Positions 1 to 9,385 of a stretch of DNA of 64,000 bases are shown piece after piece. Each line of letters starts with the position of its first letter. Within the stretch, counting starts at the first letter, position 1. The position numbers and the translations under genes were made by a program. This DNA comes from an uncultured Actinomycetes bacterium (GTDB lineage: Bacteria > Actinomycetota > UBA4738 > HRBIN12), in assembly GCA_963704725.1 (NCBI GenBank), contig OY969934.1, positions 1,184,001 to 1,248,000 of the forward strand, written 5' to 3'. The notes under the pieces were generated by a model. It did not search any database and was not told the DNA's origin. It worked only from the letters and a program-made list of their open reading frames with translations.

Positions 1-1
1 C

Positions 2-631
2 TCCGTCGAGGCCCCGTTCGTCGACCTCAACACGGCGGCGCTGGTCCGCGTGCCGCTCGACACCTCCTTCACCTCCCTGGCCGAGCTCTGGCTCCCCGCT
101 CCCGTGGTCGAGGCGGACGTGGTCGTCTCGATGCCCAAGCTCAAGACGCACCACTGGGCCGGGGCGACGCTTTCGTTGAAGAACTGCTTCGGGTGCGTCC
201 CCGGTCGCGTCTACGGCTGGCCGAAGAACACCCTGCACTGGGCGGGGCTCACCGAGGCGATCGTCGACGTCGCGGCGGCCGTCCGCCCCCGGATCCAGAT
301 CGTCGACGGCATCGTCGGCATGCAGGGCAACGGGCCGATCCAGGGCACGCCGATCTCCGCCGGGGTGCTGGTGTTCGGCCTCGACCCCGTGGCCACGGAC
401 GCGACGGCGGCCAGGATCATGGGGTTCGACCCGTCGCGGATGGCCTACCTGCACGAGGCCGCCCGGTTCCTGGGGCAGGGCGATCTCGAGCGCATCCGGC
501 AGGTGGGCGAGGACCCGGAGCGGTCGACGTCGGACTTCGAGGTCCTCCCGGCGTTCGAGGCCCTCAAGGTCGGATCGACGTCCGATCCCGGCGCCGAGGG
601 CGGTGCGAACCCCGCCGCCGGACCCGTCTGA
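2..631 (+). CDS. DUF362 family protein (5' end truncated by window edge)
   Basis: Motifs VVVSMPKLKTH, TLSLKNCFG, IVDGIVGMQGNGP and DPVATDA are typical of DUF362; frame is open to the window start. Confidence 0.8.
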   Translation, partial: SVEAPFVDLNTAALVRVPLDTSFTSLAELWLPAPVVEADVVVSMPKLKTHHWAGATLSLKNCFGCVPGRVYGWPKNTLHWAGLTEAIVDVAAAVRPRIQIVDGIVGMQGNGPIQGTPISAGVLVFGLDPVATDATAARIMGFDPSRMAYLHEAARFLGQGDLERIRQVGEDPERSTSDFEVLPAFEALKVGSTSDPGAEGGANPAAGPV

Positions 632-673
632 CGCCGGTCCCGCGGGTCGTCGGGTTCGGCCGCGGCGCGTGGG

Positions 674-2260
674 ATGATGCGCCCGATGCCAACGCGCCGC
701 CGGGCGCGCCACGCCGCCCGATCCCGGTTCCCGTTCGCGGCGCTCGCCACCGTCCTCGTCCTCGCGGTCGCGGCGATCGTGGCGGTGCAGCTCGGCGCGT
801 TCGAGGGTGACGATGGCGGAGAGGCCGCGGCGACGTCGTCGCCCTCGCCCTCGGTCGAGCCCTCGACCGGCACGCCGACGCCCACGCTCTCGCCGAGCCC
901 GACCCCCACCCCCACGCCGACGCCCGGGCCCATCAACGCCACGTTCACGGGCATGACGACGTTCCGCGGCAACGCCACGCGGAGCTGGTACGGCGAGGGT
1001 CCCGTGCCGCGCGACCCGAGGATCCTGTGGCGCTACCCGGCCACCGGGGCGATGTGCTCGATCTCGTCGGACCAGCACGGGCCTCGGCAATGGTGCGGCA
1101 CCGGGTGGACCGGCCAGCCGAACGTGATCGTCGGCGACGACGGATCGATCGAGGTCCGGATCAACGCGTACGACGGCGCCTACCACTTCATCGACGGACG
1201 CACGGGCGAGCAGATCCGCCCCAACCTGCAAACGGGTGACCTGGCCAAGGGCTCCGCCTCGAGCGACCCGGATGGGTATCCGCTGTACTACGCGGGCTCG
1301 CGCGACAACTTCCTGCGGGTGATCGCGCTCGACCGCGAGGAGCCGACCGTCCTGTGGCAGCTCAACGCCGAGACGAGCGTCCCCAACCCCGTCTGGAACA
1401 ACGACTGGGACGGCGCTCCGTTGATCATCGGCGACTACATGCTCGAGGGCGGCGAGAACTCCTGGTTCTACGTGATCCGGCTCAACCGCGGCTACGAGCC
1501 GAACGGGCTCGTGACGGTGGATCCGGAGGTGGTGACGGCCGTGCCGGGCTTCGACGACGAGCTCATGGCCGCCCTGCCCGACACGGACGTCTCGATCGAG
1601 AACTCCGTGGCCTTCTTCGACGGCGTGGCGTACTTCGCGAACTCCGGCGGGCTGGTCCAGGGGTGGGACGTGTCGAGGGCGCTCGCCGGCGGGCGGTCGA
1701 TCCACCGGGTGTTCCGGTTCTGGACCGGCGACGACACCGACGCCAGCGTCGCGATCGACGAGGAGGGCTTCCTCTACGTCGGCAGCGAGCTCGAGCGCTA
1801 CGACGCCCGGTCGGCCGAGATCGGCCAGGTCATGAAGCTCGACCCCTCCAAGCCGAAGGATCCGCTCGTGTGGTCGTTCCCCGTGACCGAGCGCGGTGCT
1901 GAGGGCGCCGGAGGGGTCTGGGCCACGCCGGCCATCTCCGGGGACATGGTGTACGTCGCGACGAACTACGGCGACCTCATCGGGGTCGAGCGCGACACGG
2001 GCCGGGAGCGGTGGCGGATCCACCTGGCCGGGCCCACGTGGTCCTCGCCGGTCCCCGTCGACGACGTCCTGCTCGAGGGCGACTGCGGAGGGACGCTCCA
2101 CGCGTTCGACATCTCCAAGCCGTTCCGAGATCCCCCGGAGCTGTGGTCGCTCTCCCTCGGCAGCTGCATCGAGTCCACGCCGACGGTGCTCGACGGGATG
2201 ATCTGGGTGGGAACGCGCGGCGGCGGGGTCTATGGGATCGGAGACCGTCCTCGCGGGTGA
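674..2260 (+). CDS. Membrane-anchored PQQ-like/BamB-like beta-propeller protein with Pro/Thr/Ser linker
   Basis: N-terminal basic stretch plus TM helix, PT-rich linker, TFRGN motif, repeated blade motifs (TGRERWR, WSSPV, IESTP). Alternative start at ATG 686. Confidence 0.75.
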   Translation: MMRPMPTRRRARHAARSRFPFAALATVLVLAVAAIVAVQLGAFEGDDGGEAAATSSPSPSVEPSTGTPTPTLSPSPTPTPTPTPGPINATFTGMTTFRGNATRSWYGEGPVPRDPRILWRYPATGAMCSISSDQHGPRQWCGTGWTGQPNVIVGDDGSIEVRINAYDGAYHFIDGRTGEQIRPNLQTGDLAKGSASSDPDGYPLYYAGSRDNFLRVIALDREEPTVLWQLNAETSVPNPVWNNDWDGAPLIIGDYMLEGGENSWFYVIRLNRGYEPNGLVTVDPEVVTAVPGFDDELMAALPDTDVSIENSVAFFDGVAYFANSGGLVQGWDVSRALAGGRSIHRVFRFWTGDDTDASVAIDEEGFLYVGSELERYDARSAEIGQVMKLDPSKPKDPLVWSFPVTERGAEGAGGVWATPAISGDMVYVATNYGDLIGVERDTGRERWRIHLAGPTWSSPVPVDDVLLEGDCGGTLHAFDISKPFRDPPELWSLSLGSCIESTPTVLDGMIWVGTRGGGVYGIGDRPRG

Positions 2261-2270
2261 GGTGGCGGGC

Positions 2271-3215
2271 TTACCGCAGGCCGAGGCAGGCCCGAGCGGC
2301 GTTCACGCACTGGTCGAACCCGGGGATCTGCTGGATGTCGTTCGTCCGCCAGATCACCAGGCCGATCCCCACGGCCACCAGGGCCGCGAACCCCGCGATC
2401 TGGATCATCCGGCGCTGGCTGCGCGGGCCCCAGCCCTCGGCGATGGCGCCGGCGGCCACCCCCGACACGAGGCCGCCCAGGTGGGCGCGCCAGTCGATCG
2501 TGCCGAAGCCGAAGGTGAGGAGCGCGTTCAGGACGAGCATCGTGGCCGCCCACCGCAGGTTGGCCGACGACATCGCCAGATGCCGGCGACGGTAGTTGTA
2601 GGCGATGAACGCGCCGAAGATGCCGAAGATGGCTCCCGAGGCGCCCACACCCACGACCCCCACCGAACCGAACGCGTAGGACGCGGCGCTCGCGACGAAG
2701 CCCGTCACGAAGTAGATCAGCGCCATCCGCGTCCTGCCCAGGTTGGATTCGATGAACGTCCCGAACAGGTAGAGCGCATAGCCGTTGAACGCGATGTGCA
2801 GGAGGTTCGCGTGCAGGAACATCGCCGTGAACAGCCGCCAGTACTCGCCGGTGGCGATGAGGAGCGGCTGCATCGCGCCGAGGTCGATGAGGCGCCGGTT
2901 GCTCGGCTCGTTGAGCAGCGAGCCGACCCCCCCGACGGCGAGCTCGAGGACGAAGACCGCGATGATGGTCGCCAGCAAGGCGCGGGTGACGCTGACGCCC
3001 CCGCGGAACGGCCGGCCGGGCCCCCGCCGGAACTCGCGGCGGGCCTGGTCGACGCACTCGGGGCACTGGTAGCCCACCGGCGCGGGGATCATGCACTGCG
3101 GGCAGATGGGGCGGCCGCACCGGGTGCAGTGCACCCGCGTCTCCTCGCGGGGGTGCCGGTAGCAGACCTCGACGGTCGGCGCCGGCGGCGGCGAGGGGAG
3201 CTGGTCGTCGGGCAT
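2271..3215 (-). CDS. Rhomboid family intramembrane serine protease with N-terminal B-box-like zinc finger
   Basis: CYRH..CTRC..CPQC..CPEC, then WRLFTAMFLH, HIAFN, GASG and AHLGG. -10-like TAGGAT lies 7 nt before ATG 3215 (alternative start 3224). Confidence 0.9.
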   Translation of the reverse strand: MPDDQLPSPPPAPTVEVCYRHPREETRVHCTRCGRPICPQCMIPAPVGYQCPECVDQARREFRRGPGRPFRGGVSVTRALLATIIAVFVLELAVGGVGSLLNEPSNRRLIDLGAMQPLLIATGEYWRLFTAMFLHANLLHIAFNGYALYLFGTFIESNLGRTRMALIYFVTGFVASAASYAFGSVGVVGVGASGAIFGIFGAFIAYNYRRRHLAMSSANLRWAATMLVLNALLTFGFGTIDWRAHLGGLVSGVAAGAIAEGWGPRSQRRMIQIAGFAALVAVGIGLVIWRTNDIQQIPGFDQCVNAARACLGLR

Positions 3216-3239
3216 GCCGCTCATCCTACGGGTGGGTCC

Positions 3240-4202
3240 CTACTTCATCTTCGGCAGGGACCGCAGCTCGGCCGCCACCTCGTCCTGCCGGAACAGGGTG
3301 GCCCACCGGTCCAGGATGGTGCCGTCCGGGCCGATCAGGTAGACCCACGGTTCGGTGAGATTGTTGCCGCGGAGCAACCAGTCGGCGGCCGCCTGGTTGA
3401 TGACCTGGTTCTGGTAGTCGCGCCAGATCTCCACGTGGATGAACACCGCGCGGTCGTCGTAGCGCGAGGCCAGATCCTCGACCAGGTCGGTGACCGGGCC
3501 GCAGAACTGGCTCACGCAGTACACGGGCGTCGAGAACACCACGAGCGCGGGTCGTCCCTGTGCGATCGCGTCGGCGATCGTCCACCGATGGAGGTCGAGG
3601 TCGGGGATCCGCCCCCCGTTCGCGGCGCGCGAGTCGATCGCTTCCGGCGGCGCGTCCGGCGAGTCCACGGTGAGGTTCTCGGTGTGTGGCGCCGGGTCTC
3701 CCGGCGCGGGGTAGGCGGCGTGGTCGAGCACGGTGACGGTCGTCTTCGAGCGCCGGACGCCGAGACCCTGGACGTCGGCCGTCACGTCGAGCTGCCAGAA
3801 GCCGGCTCGGTCGAACGTCACGTCCTCGGCCTGGTAGACGCCTCGGGCCTCCGAGGGAAGCGTCACCACCGGCCCGCTGGCCTCGTCCGGCGTCCCCGGC
3901 GTGGGGACGTACACCGCGGTGGCCGAGGGGCCGGGCTCCGCCGCGACCGGCGCGTCGGCCGTGCCCCGGTAGGAGAAGGCGAAGTCGACCGAGCCGAAGC
4001 TGACGAGCCGGTTGTCGGGCAGGACCAGCCCGGCCGAGATCCGCTGAGGCGCGCCGGCGTAGTGGTCGGAGGTGGCCAGGGCCACCGACACCTGCGTGCC
4101 CTGCGCGGCCGAGGGATCGGGTGCGGGCTCGCCGTCCGAGGTGCACGACGCGGCCAGCGTGCCGAGGGCGAGCGCGAGGGGAACGAGGAGCGGGCGTCGC
4201 AT
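3240..4202 (-). CDS. Lipoprotein with C-terminal thioredoxin-like domain (C-x4-C motif)
   Basis: Signal peptide with lipobox LAASC; GRPALVVFSTPVYCVSQFCGP, FIHVEIW and EPWVYLIGPDG resemble a thioredoxin fold. Confidence 0.65.
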   Translation of the reverse strand: MRRPLLVPLALALGTLAASCTSDGEPAPDPSAAQGTQVSVALATSDHYAGAPQRISAGLVLPDNRLVSFGSVDFAFSYRGTADAPVAAEPGPSATAVYVPTPGTPDEASGPVVTLPSEARGVYQAEDVTFDRAGFWQLDVTADVQGLGVRRSKTTVTVLDHAAYPAPGDPAPHTENLTVDSPDAPPEAIDSRAANGGRIPDLDLHRWTIADAIAQGRPALVVFSTPVYCVSQFCGPVTDLVEDLASRYDDRAVFIHVEIWRDYQNQVINQAAADWLLRGNNLTEPWVYLIGPDGTILDRWATLFRQDEVAAELRSLPKMK

Positions 4203-4234
4203 GGGCCCATCTTCCCGCGCCGGTCCGGGTTTCG

Positions 4235-4660
4235 TCAGGCCGGGCACGGCGGGGCGTCGAGGCCGAGCACGCCCAGCGCGCCGCGCGTGGCGTCCAGCAG
4301 CGTGCCGATGTCGTCGCCGAACCCGTCCGGTAGGACGGGCTCGGTCAGGTCCGCCTCGATCACCTGCTTCGCCTCGAGGAGCCGCGCCGTCGCCGCCCGG
4401 TCCACGGCGTCGGTCGCGGCGGCGATCACGTGGAGGGTCTGGTGGGAGCGGTCGAAGAACACCATCGCCGCGGCGTCTCGGTCCGTCTCGGTCACCATCT
4501 GGCACAGCCCGCGTACCGCCGCGCCGGCCGCGGCGGGCGTGACCACTCCGAGTGACCCGGAGGGCAGTGGGGAACGCTCGGCGCCCTCGCCCGGGTCTCC
4601 GCACGACCCGGCCGCGAACGTGACTGCCGCGAGGAGCAGGGCGATCGCGCGGCGGCTCAC
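4235..4660 (-). CDS. Hypothetical lipoprotein
   Basis: VSRRAIALLLAAVTFAAGSC signal peptide/lipobox followed by a helical body; fills the gap between co-oriented genes. Confidence 0.55.
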   Translation of the reverse strand: MSRRAIALLLAAVTFAAGSCGDPGEGAERSPLPSGSLGVVTPAAAGAAVRGLCQMVTETDRDAAAMVFFDRSHQTLHVIAAATDAVDRAATARLLEAKQVIEADLTEPVLPDGFGDDIGTLLDATRGALGVLGLDAPPCPA

Positions 4661-4698
4661 CCGGCCATCTTCCCATCGGGGCCCGCGCACGCCGGCGC

Positions 4699-5304
4699 TC
4701 AGCCCCCGGTCGCGCCCTCCAGGTCGAGGAGGAAGCGCTTGCGCCACTCCTGGCCCCCGTACTTGCCGATCCCGCCGCTCGAGGGCACCACCCGGTGGCA
4801 CGGGACGACGATCGGCACGGGGTTGTCGTGCAGGGCGTTCCCGGCGGCGCGGGCGGCGCGGGGGCTGCCCGCCACCTTGGCCACCGTGCCGTAGGTGGAC
4901 ACGGCCCCGAACGGGATCCGCGCCGTGGCCTCGAGCACTCGGCGGAAGAACCCCGGCGACGTGAGCGCCCAGTCCACCTTGGTCCGGAACCCGCGCAAGC
5001 GTCCCTCGAAGTACGCGTCGAGCTGGCGCCGGACCGCGTCGGTCATGGCGGCCGACTCGAGCACGCGGGGCGAGAGCGTCGCCGCCAGCTCCTCGAGCAC
5101 GTGGTCCTCGCTCTCCTCGGGGAACGCGATCCGCACGAGGCCCTCCCTGGTGGAGGCGACGAGCAGCCGTCCGACCGGCGAGTCCACGCCCGCGTAGCCC
5201 ACGTCGACGAGCCCGGAGCGCCGGGCCCGGGCGGCGACCGAGGAGGCCGCGCGCCGCGAGGCCGCCTCGAGCTCGCCGGTCCACCGGATCGTCAGGTCCT
5301 TCAT
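4699..5304 (-). CDS. ogt: Methylated-DNA--protein-cysteine S-methyltransferase
   Basis: Active-site PCHRV, IPFGAVSTYG, RAAG and SPVG motifs; ATGA overlap with the upstream sigma factor. Confidence 0.92.
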   Translation of the reverse strand: MKDLTIRWTGELEAASRRAASSVAARARRSGLVDVGYAGVDSPVGRLLVASTREGLVRIAFPEESEDHVLEELAATLSPRVLESAAMTDAVRRQLDAYFEGRLRGFRTKVDWALTSPGFFRRVLEATARIPFGAVSTYGTVAKVAGSPRAARAAGNALHDNPVPIVVPCHRVVPSSGGIGKYGGQEWRKRFLLDLEGATGG

Positions 5305-5771
5305 GCGTTCGCTCCCTGCATCTCGCGGAGCTTCCTCCGCCCTTCGTACGCGTTCGCCCGCGCCGCCTCCTCCGTGCATCCCAGGGCCGCCGCGACGTCG
5401 GCGTACGTCAGATCGAGCACGTAGCGGTGGATCACCGCCGCGCGCTGCATCGGCGGCAGCTCGCCGACGGCGTGCCACAGCTCGGGCTCGCCGTCCGCGC
5501 GTTCGGGCGCGGGGCGCTCGGGCAGCGACTCGACGGGGATCGGCCGGCGCTTGGACGACCGCCAGTGGTCCATCGCCTTGTTGGTGGCGATCGTGAACAG
5601 CCAACCGCGCAGGTTCTCGTCGTCCTGCAGCGTGGCGTAGGCGCGCAGCGCCGCGAGGAACGTCTCCTGGAAGCAGTCCTCGGCCTCCTGCGGTCCGACG
5701 GCGGCGACCAGGAACCGGTACACGGCCACGCGATGCTCCTCGAGCAGTCGTTGGAAGGGCGGCAGCTCCAT
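5301..5771 (-). CDS. ECF-type RNA polymerase sigma factor
   Basis: Sigma2 AEDCFQETFLAA...WLFTIATNKAMD and sigma4 LPPMQRAAV...TYADVAAALG. Alternative GTG start at 5813 overlaps the upstream stop. Confidence 0.9.
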   Translation of the reverse strand: MELPPFQRLLEEHRVAVYRFLVAAVGPQEAEDCFQETFLAALRAYATLQDDENLRGWLFTIATNKAMDHWRSSKRRPIPVESLPERPAPERADGEPELWHAVGELPPMQRAAVIHRYVLDLTYADVAAALGCTEEAARANAYEGRRKLREMQGANA

Positions 5772-5809
5772 CTGCCGTTCCGAACGCCGGGGGGCCCGGG
5801 GACGTGAGA

Positions 5810-6529
5810 TCACACCACCGGCCACGGGTAGGGCCGGCCGGGGCCCGGCTCGGGGAACCGGCCGTCGGCGATCAGGCCGGCCAGCCGGCGGCCGATGTCG
5901 TCGACCTCGGCGAGCGACAGGAGGGAGCACAGCCGCTCGCGCGTCGGGCCGTGGTCGAGCTCGTCCTGCAGGGCCCGGAGGTCCGCGAGCATCGGCGGGG
6001 GGATCGGCTCCGACGCGAAGTCCCAGATCACGGTCCGCAGCTTCGGCTCCTCGGAGAAGCACACGCCGTGGTCGACGACGAAGATCTCCCCGTCCTCGGC
6101 AAGGAGGCAGTGGCCGGCCTTGCGGTCGGCGTTGTTGGCCACGACGTCGAACAGCGCGACCCGCCGGAAGTCGTCCGGGCGGTCCTCGAGCATCGTGAAG
6201 TAGTGGTGCTGGGGGTCGAACCGCAGGAACCGCTGGACCGACCCGATCCCCTGCGGCCCGTCCCGCAGGATCGTGGGCGGCACGCGGGGCCACCCCAGCG
6301 CGTCGGCCAGCACGTACGCGGCGACCTCGCGGCGGCACAGCGTCCCCTCGGGGAAGTCCCACAGCGGCGCCTCGCCCGAGCGCGGCTTGTACACCGCGAG
6401 CAGCTCGTCGCCGTCCTCGTCGCGGACGCGGCACAGGAACGTGTAGTTCGAGGACCGGGGGAGCAGGCCGAGGGGTTCGAGCGCCCCGCGCTCGAGGCGG
6501 CGCAGGAGCTCGGCGTCCGCGCCCCTCAC
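5810..6529 (-). CDS. SCO1664 family protein (PI3/4-kinase-like)
   Basis: SNYTF, AVYKPRSGEAPLWDFPEGTL, REVAAY, NNADRKAGH, VDHGVCF, LRTVIW and YPWP. Confidence 0.88.
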   Translation of the reverse strand: MRGADAELLRRLERGALEPLGLLPRSSNYTFLCRVRDEDGDELLAVYKPRSGEAPLWDFPEGTLCRREVAAYVLADALGWPRVPPTILRDGPQGIGSVQRFLRFDPQHHYFTMLEDRPDDFRRVALFDVVANNADRKAGHCLLAEDGEIFVVDHGVCFSEEPKLRTVIWDFASEPIPPPMLADLRALQDELDHGPTRERLCSLLSLAEVDDIGRRLAGLIADGRFPEPGPGRPYPWPVV

Positions 6530-7071
6530 CCTCGCGTCGGCGACCGGTGCCCGTTCATCGCCGGGCACGTGTGTCCCTCCGGGTCCATCGGGTTGCCGCA
6601 GAACTGGCACCTGGGTCGGCCCTTCGCGGCGACCTCGGAGCCGTGCCGCGAGAGCGCCAGCATCTGCTCCCGCGTCGCCCACACCCGGAGGCGGTCCGGG
6701 TCGGGGAGCTCGGGGGGCTCGATCTCGGTCTCCTCGTCGTCCTCGTCCACTTCCGGCTCGGGCACCATCTCCTCCAGCTCGAGGAGCATGAGGTCGCGCT
6801 CCTCGCTGTAGCCGATGGACAGCCTCCCGGCGCGCCACAGCGGTTCGAGCGGCGCCTCCAGCTCGAGCTGCTGGTCCGGTGGGCCCTCGCCGGTCTCCTT
6901 GTCGACCGTGGCCAGGATCTCCAGGATCGAGGACGAGAGGAGCTCCACCTGCTCCTTCTCCACCGTGATCGTGACGAGGCGCTCGCCGGCCCGGGCCTGG
7001 ACGAAGAAGACGCGCTCCCCGGGCTCGCCGACCGCCCCCGCGGTGACCTTGTCCGCCGGGTCGAGATCCAT
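6526..7071 (-). CDS. DUF3090 family protein
   Basis: TAGAVGEPGERVFFVQA, EKEQV, and C-terminal GRPRCQFCGNPMDPEGHTCPAMNGH. Confidence 0.88.
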   Translation of the reverse strand: MDLDPADKVTAGAVGEPGERVFFVQARAGERLVTITVEKEQVELLSSSILEILATVDKETGEGPPDQQLELEAPLEPLWRAGRLSIGYSEERDLMLLELEEMVPEPEVDEDDEETEIEPPELPDPDRLRVWATREQMLALSRHGSEVAAKGRPRCQFCGNPMDPEGHTCPAMNGHRSPTRG

Positions 7072-7075
7072 CTCC

Positions 7076-7714
7076 CTATCCTGCCACCTTCCGTCGCGCC
7101 CCCCGGGCGCGCAGCGACTCGAGGCCCCCGGTGTCGTTCACTTTCATCACGCGAACCGCACCGTCGGACATGGCGAGGACGCTCACGGACGCGGGCTCGA
7201 CCGCGAGCCGCTGGAGCTCGTCGAGGTGCATCCCGGCGAAGTGCATGAGGACCAGCCGGACGACGTCGGCATGGGTGACGACGGCCACGACGTCCTTCGG
7301 GTGTGCGAGCGCGATCCGCTCGACCTCGGCCACGGCGCGCGCCTGCACCTCGAGCAGGCTCTCGCCGCCGGGGAAGCGGATGCGGGAGGGGGCCTGCTGG
7401 ACGACGCGCCACAGCTTCGTCCGCCGGAGGCCGGCGATCGTCCGCCCCGTCCACTCCCCGTAGTCGACCTCCAGGAGCCCTCGGCGCACCGAGGTGCCCA
7501 GCCCACGGGCCCGGGCCAGCGGCGCCGCGGTCTCGCGGCACCGCTCGAGCGGGCTGCAGTAGATGGCGCGGACCGGCACGCCCTCGAGCCGCTCGGCCAG
7601 GGCCGTCGCCTCTGCTCGCCCCCGGTCGTTCAGGCGGACGCCGCGAGCCCATCCCGTCAGCCGTTTGCCCGCGGTGTCGGTGTGCGCGTGCCGGATGAGG
7701 AGCAGGACGGTCAT
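7076..7714 (-). CDS. MSMEG_4193 family histidine phosphatase (phosphomutase-like)
   Basis: LIRHA, SPLERCRETA, EVDYGEW, FPGGES and VTHAD; conserved synteny with DUF3090 and SCO1664. Confidence 0.88.
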   Translation of the reverse strand: MTVLLLIRHAHTDTAGKRLTGWARGVRLNDRGRAEATALAERLEGVPVRAIYCSPLERCRETAAPLARARGLGTSVRRGLLEVDYGEWTGRTIAGLRRTKLWRVVQQAPSRIRFPGGESLLEVQARAVAEVERIALAHPKDVVAVVTHADVVRLVLMHFAGMHLDELQRLAVEPASVSVLAMSDGAVRVMKVNDTGGLESLRARGARRKVAG

Positions 7715-7744
7715 CGGCGCAAGCCTAGCCGCGCTGCGGGTCCC

Positions 7745-8917
7745 TCATCCCGAGCCGGTGCGGCGCTCGGCCGCCACGGCGGGCAGGCGCACCTCGAACC
7801 GCGTGCCCCGCCCCAGCTCGGAGTCCACCGAGATCCGCCCGCCGTGGTTCTCCACGATGTGGCGCACGATCGACAGGCCGAGCCCGGTGCCGCCGGTCTC
7901 GCGCGAGCGGGCCCGGTCCACCCGGTAGAAGCGCTCGAAGATCCGGGGCAGGTCCCGCTTGGGGATGCCGAGGCCGGTGTCGCTCACGGTCAGCACGACC
8001 TCGCCGTCCTCGGCCCCGAGCGCCACCTCGACCCGGCCGCCCGATCGCGTGTACCGGATCGCGTTGTCGACGAGGTTGCGGACCAGGAGCACGAGATCGC
8101 GCGCCGAGCCCCGGACACGGGGGACGACGTCCGCCCGGATCGTCAGCTCGACCCCGGCCTCCGCGGCCGGGTCCTCGAATCGCTCCGCCTCGTCGCGGAG
8201 CACGGCGTCGAACGCCACGGCCTCGTCGAGCTCGCTGCCCGACTCGAGCCGCGACAGGTCGAGCAGGTCGCTCACGATCCGGGAGAGCCGGACCGCCTCG
8301 CGCTCGAGCTGGGCGGCGAACCGCGGGATCACCGCCGGGTCGTCCAGCGAAGCCGTCTGGATCGTCTCCGCGGCCGCCTGGATCGAGGCGGCGGGCGTCT
8401 TGAGCTCGTGCGAGGCGTTGGCCACGAAGTCCCGGCGGATCGCGTCGAGGCGCTTGGACTCCGTGACGTCGCGGACCACGAGGAGCACCGTCCCATCCTC
8501 GCCCACCGGGACGGCCTGCGCCCGCAGCCACCGGGACGGCGAGCCGACCTCGGCGTCGGCGCTCGCCGCCTGGCGCAGGCCGGAGGCTCGCCGGGCCGAC
8601 TCCTGGATCGCGAGCGGCAGGATGGTGGAGACCGAGCGCGGGACGGCGCCCAGGAGGCGCTCGGCGGCCGGGTTCGCGAACACCGACTGGCCGTCGCGCC
8701 CGAACAGGATCACACCCTCGAGCATCGAGGACAGGACCAGGTCCATCCGGCGCCGATCCTCGGCCCCACTTCGCAGGCGCTCGGCGGAGTCCTCTTCCTG
8801 ACGGGCAAGAGCGGCAGCCGTTGCCTCGGAGCGGGTTCGCGCTCGCCGCCGGCCGAGCCAGCCACCCAGCACGAACGCGACGACGGCCACAGCGACCAGC
8901 CACAACGCCACGTTCAC
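7745..8917 (-). CDS. senX3: Phosphate-regulon sensor histidine kinase (SenX3/PhoR-like)
   Basis: One N-terminal TM helix, PAS-like region, H-box RRDFVANASHELKTP, NLVDNAIRY, FERFYRVDRARSRETGGTGLGL; divergent from pstS. Confidence 0.8.
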   Translation of the reverse strand: MNVALWLVAVAVVAFVLGGWLGRRRARTRSEATAAALARQEEDSAERLRSGAEDRRRMDLVLSSMLEGVILFGRDGQSVFANPAAERLLGAVPRSVSTILPLAIQESARRASGLRQAASADAEVGSPSRWLRAQAVPVGEDGTVLLVVRDVTESKRLDAIRRDFVANASHELKTPAASIQAAAETIQTASLDDPAVIPRFAAQLEREAVRLSRIVSDLLDLSRLESGSELDEAVAFDAVLRDEAERFEDPAAEAGVELTIRADVVPRVRGSARDLVLLVRNLVDNAIRYTRSGGRVEVALGAEDGEVVLTVSDTGLGIPKRDLPRIFERFYRVDRARSRETGGTGLGLSIVRHIVENHGGRISVDSELGRGTRFEVRLPAVAAERRTGSG

Positions 8918-9030
8918 GATCGGAGTGTAGGGGCCGGAGGGCGCCGTTCATTGCGCGTTCCTGCAACCTTCCGACGTTCGCCAGACGGGAACCGCGGCAC
9001 GGCCTCCCCGCGGGCGTACGGTCGGCGCAC

Positions 9031-9366
9031 ATGGTGGGCGTTTCGGACTCGGCCACGGACTGCCCCGACTGTGGGGCGACGGGTTCCGTTCGGGCCGGGG
9101 TGTGCGACCTGTGCTTCGCCGATCTCGGGGAGCGCCGGTGGTCCGCTCGACGCGGCCCCGTTACGACGGCCCTCGATCCGAACGGCCTCCGGTTCAGCGA
9201 CGTCGTGGACGAGCTTCGCGCCCTGGTCGCCCTGGCGCGCGAGATGGACGACGGCTCGCCGGTCGCCGCCGCGGGGGTCCGGGCCGAGCTGCTCCTCGGG
9301 TCGCTCCGGACCCAGTTCCTGCGGGACCTGGGACTTCCCGTGCTCGGAGCCGCCGGCGCCGAGTGA
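9031..9366 (+). CDS. Hypothetical zinc-ribbon protein
   Basis: CPDC-x9-CDLC followed by a helical C-terminus; occupies the senX3-pstS gap. Confidence 0.5.
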   Translation: MVGVSDSATDCPDCGATGSVRAGVCDLCFADLGERRWSARRGPVTTALDPNGLRFSDVVDELRALVALAREMDDGSPVAAAGVRAELLLGSLRTQFLRDLGLPVLGAAGAE

Positions 9367-9385
9367 GCGCCGGGCGTCTCGGAAC

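Noticed and set aside
835-930. Short-period repeats (ccgacg/cccacc)
   Set aside because: They encode the Pro/Thr/Ser linker of the beta-propeller protein; not a CRISPR array or VNTR.
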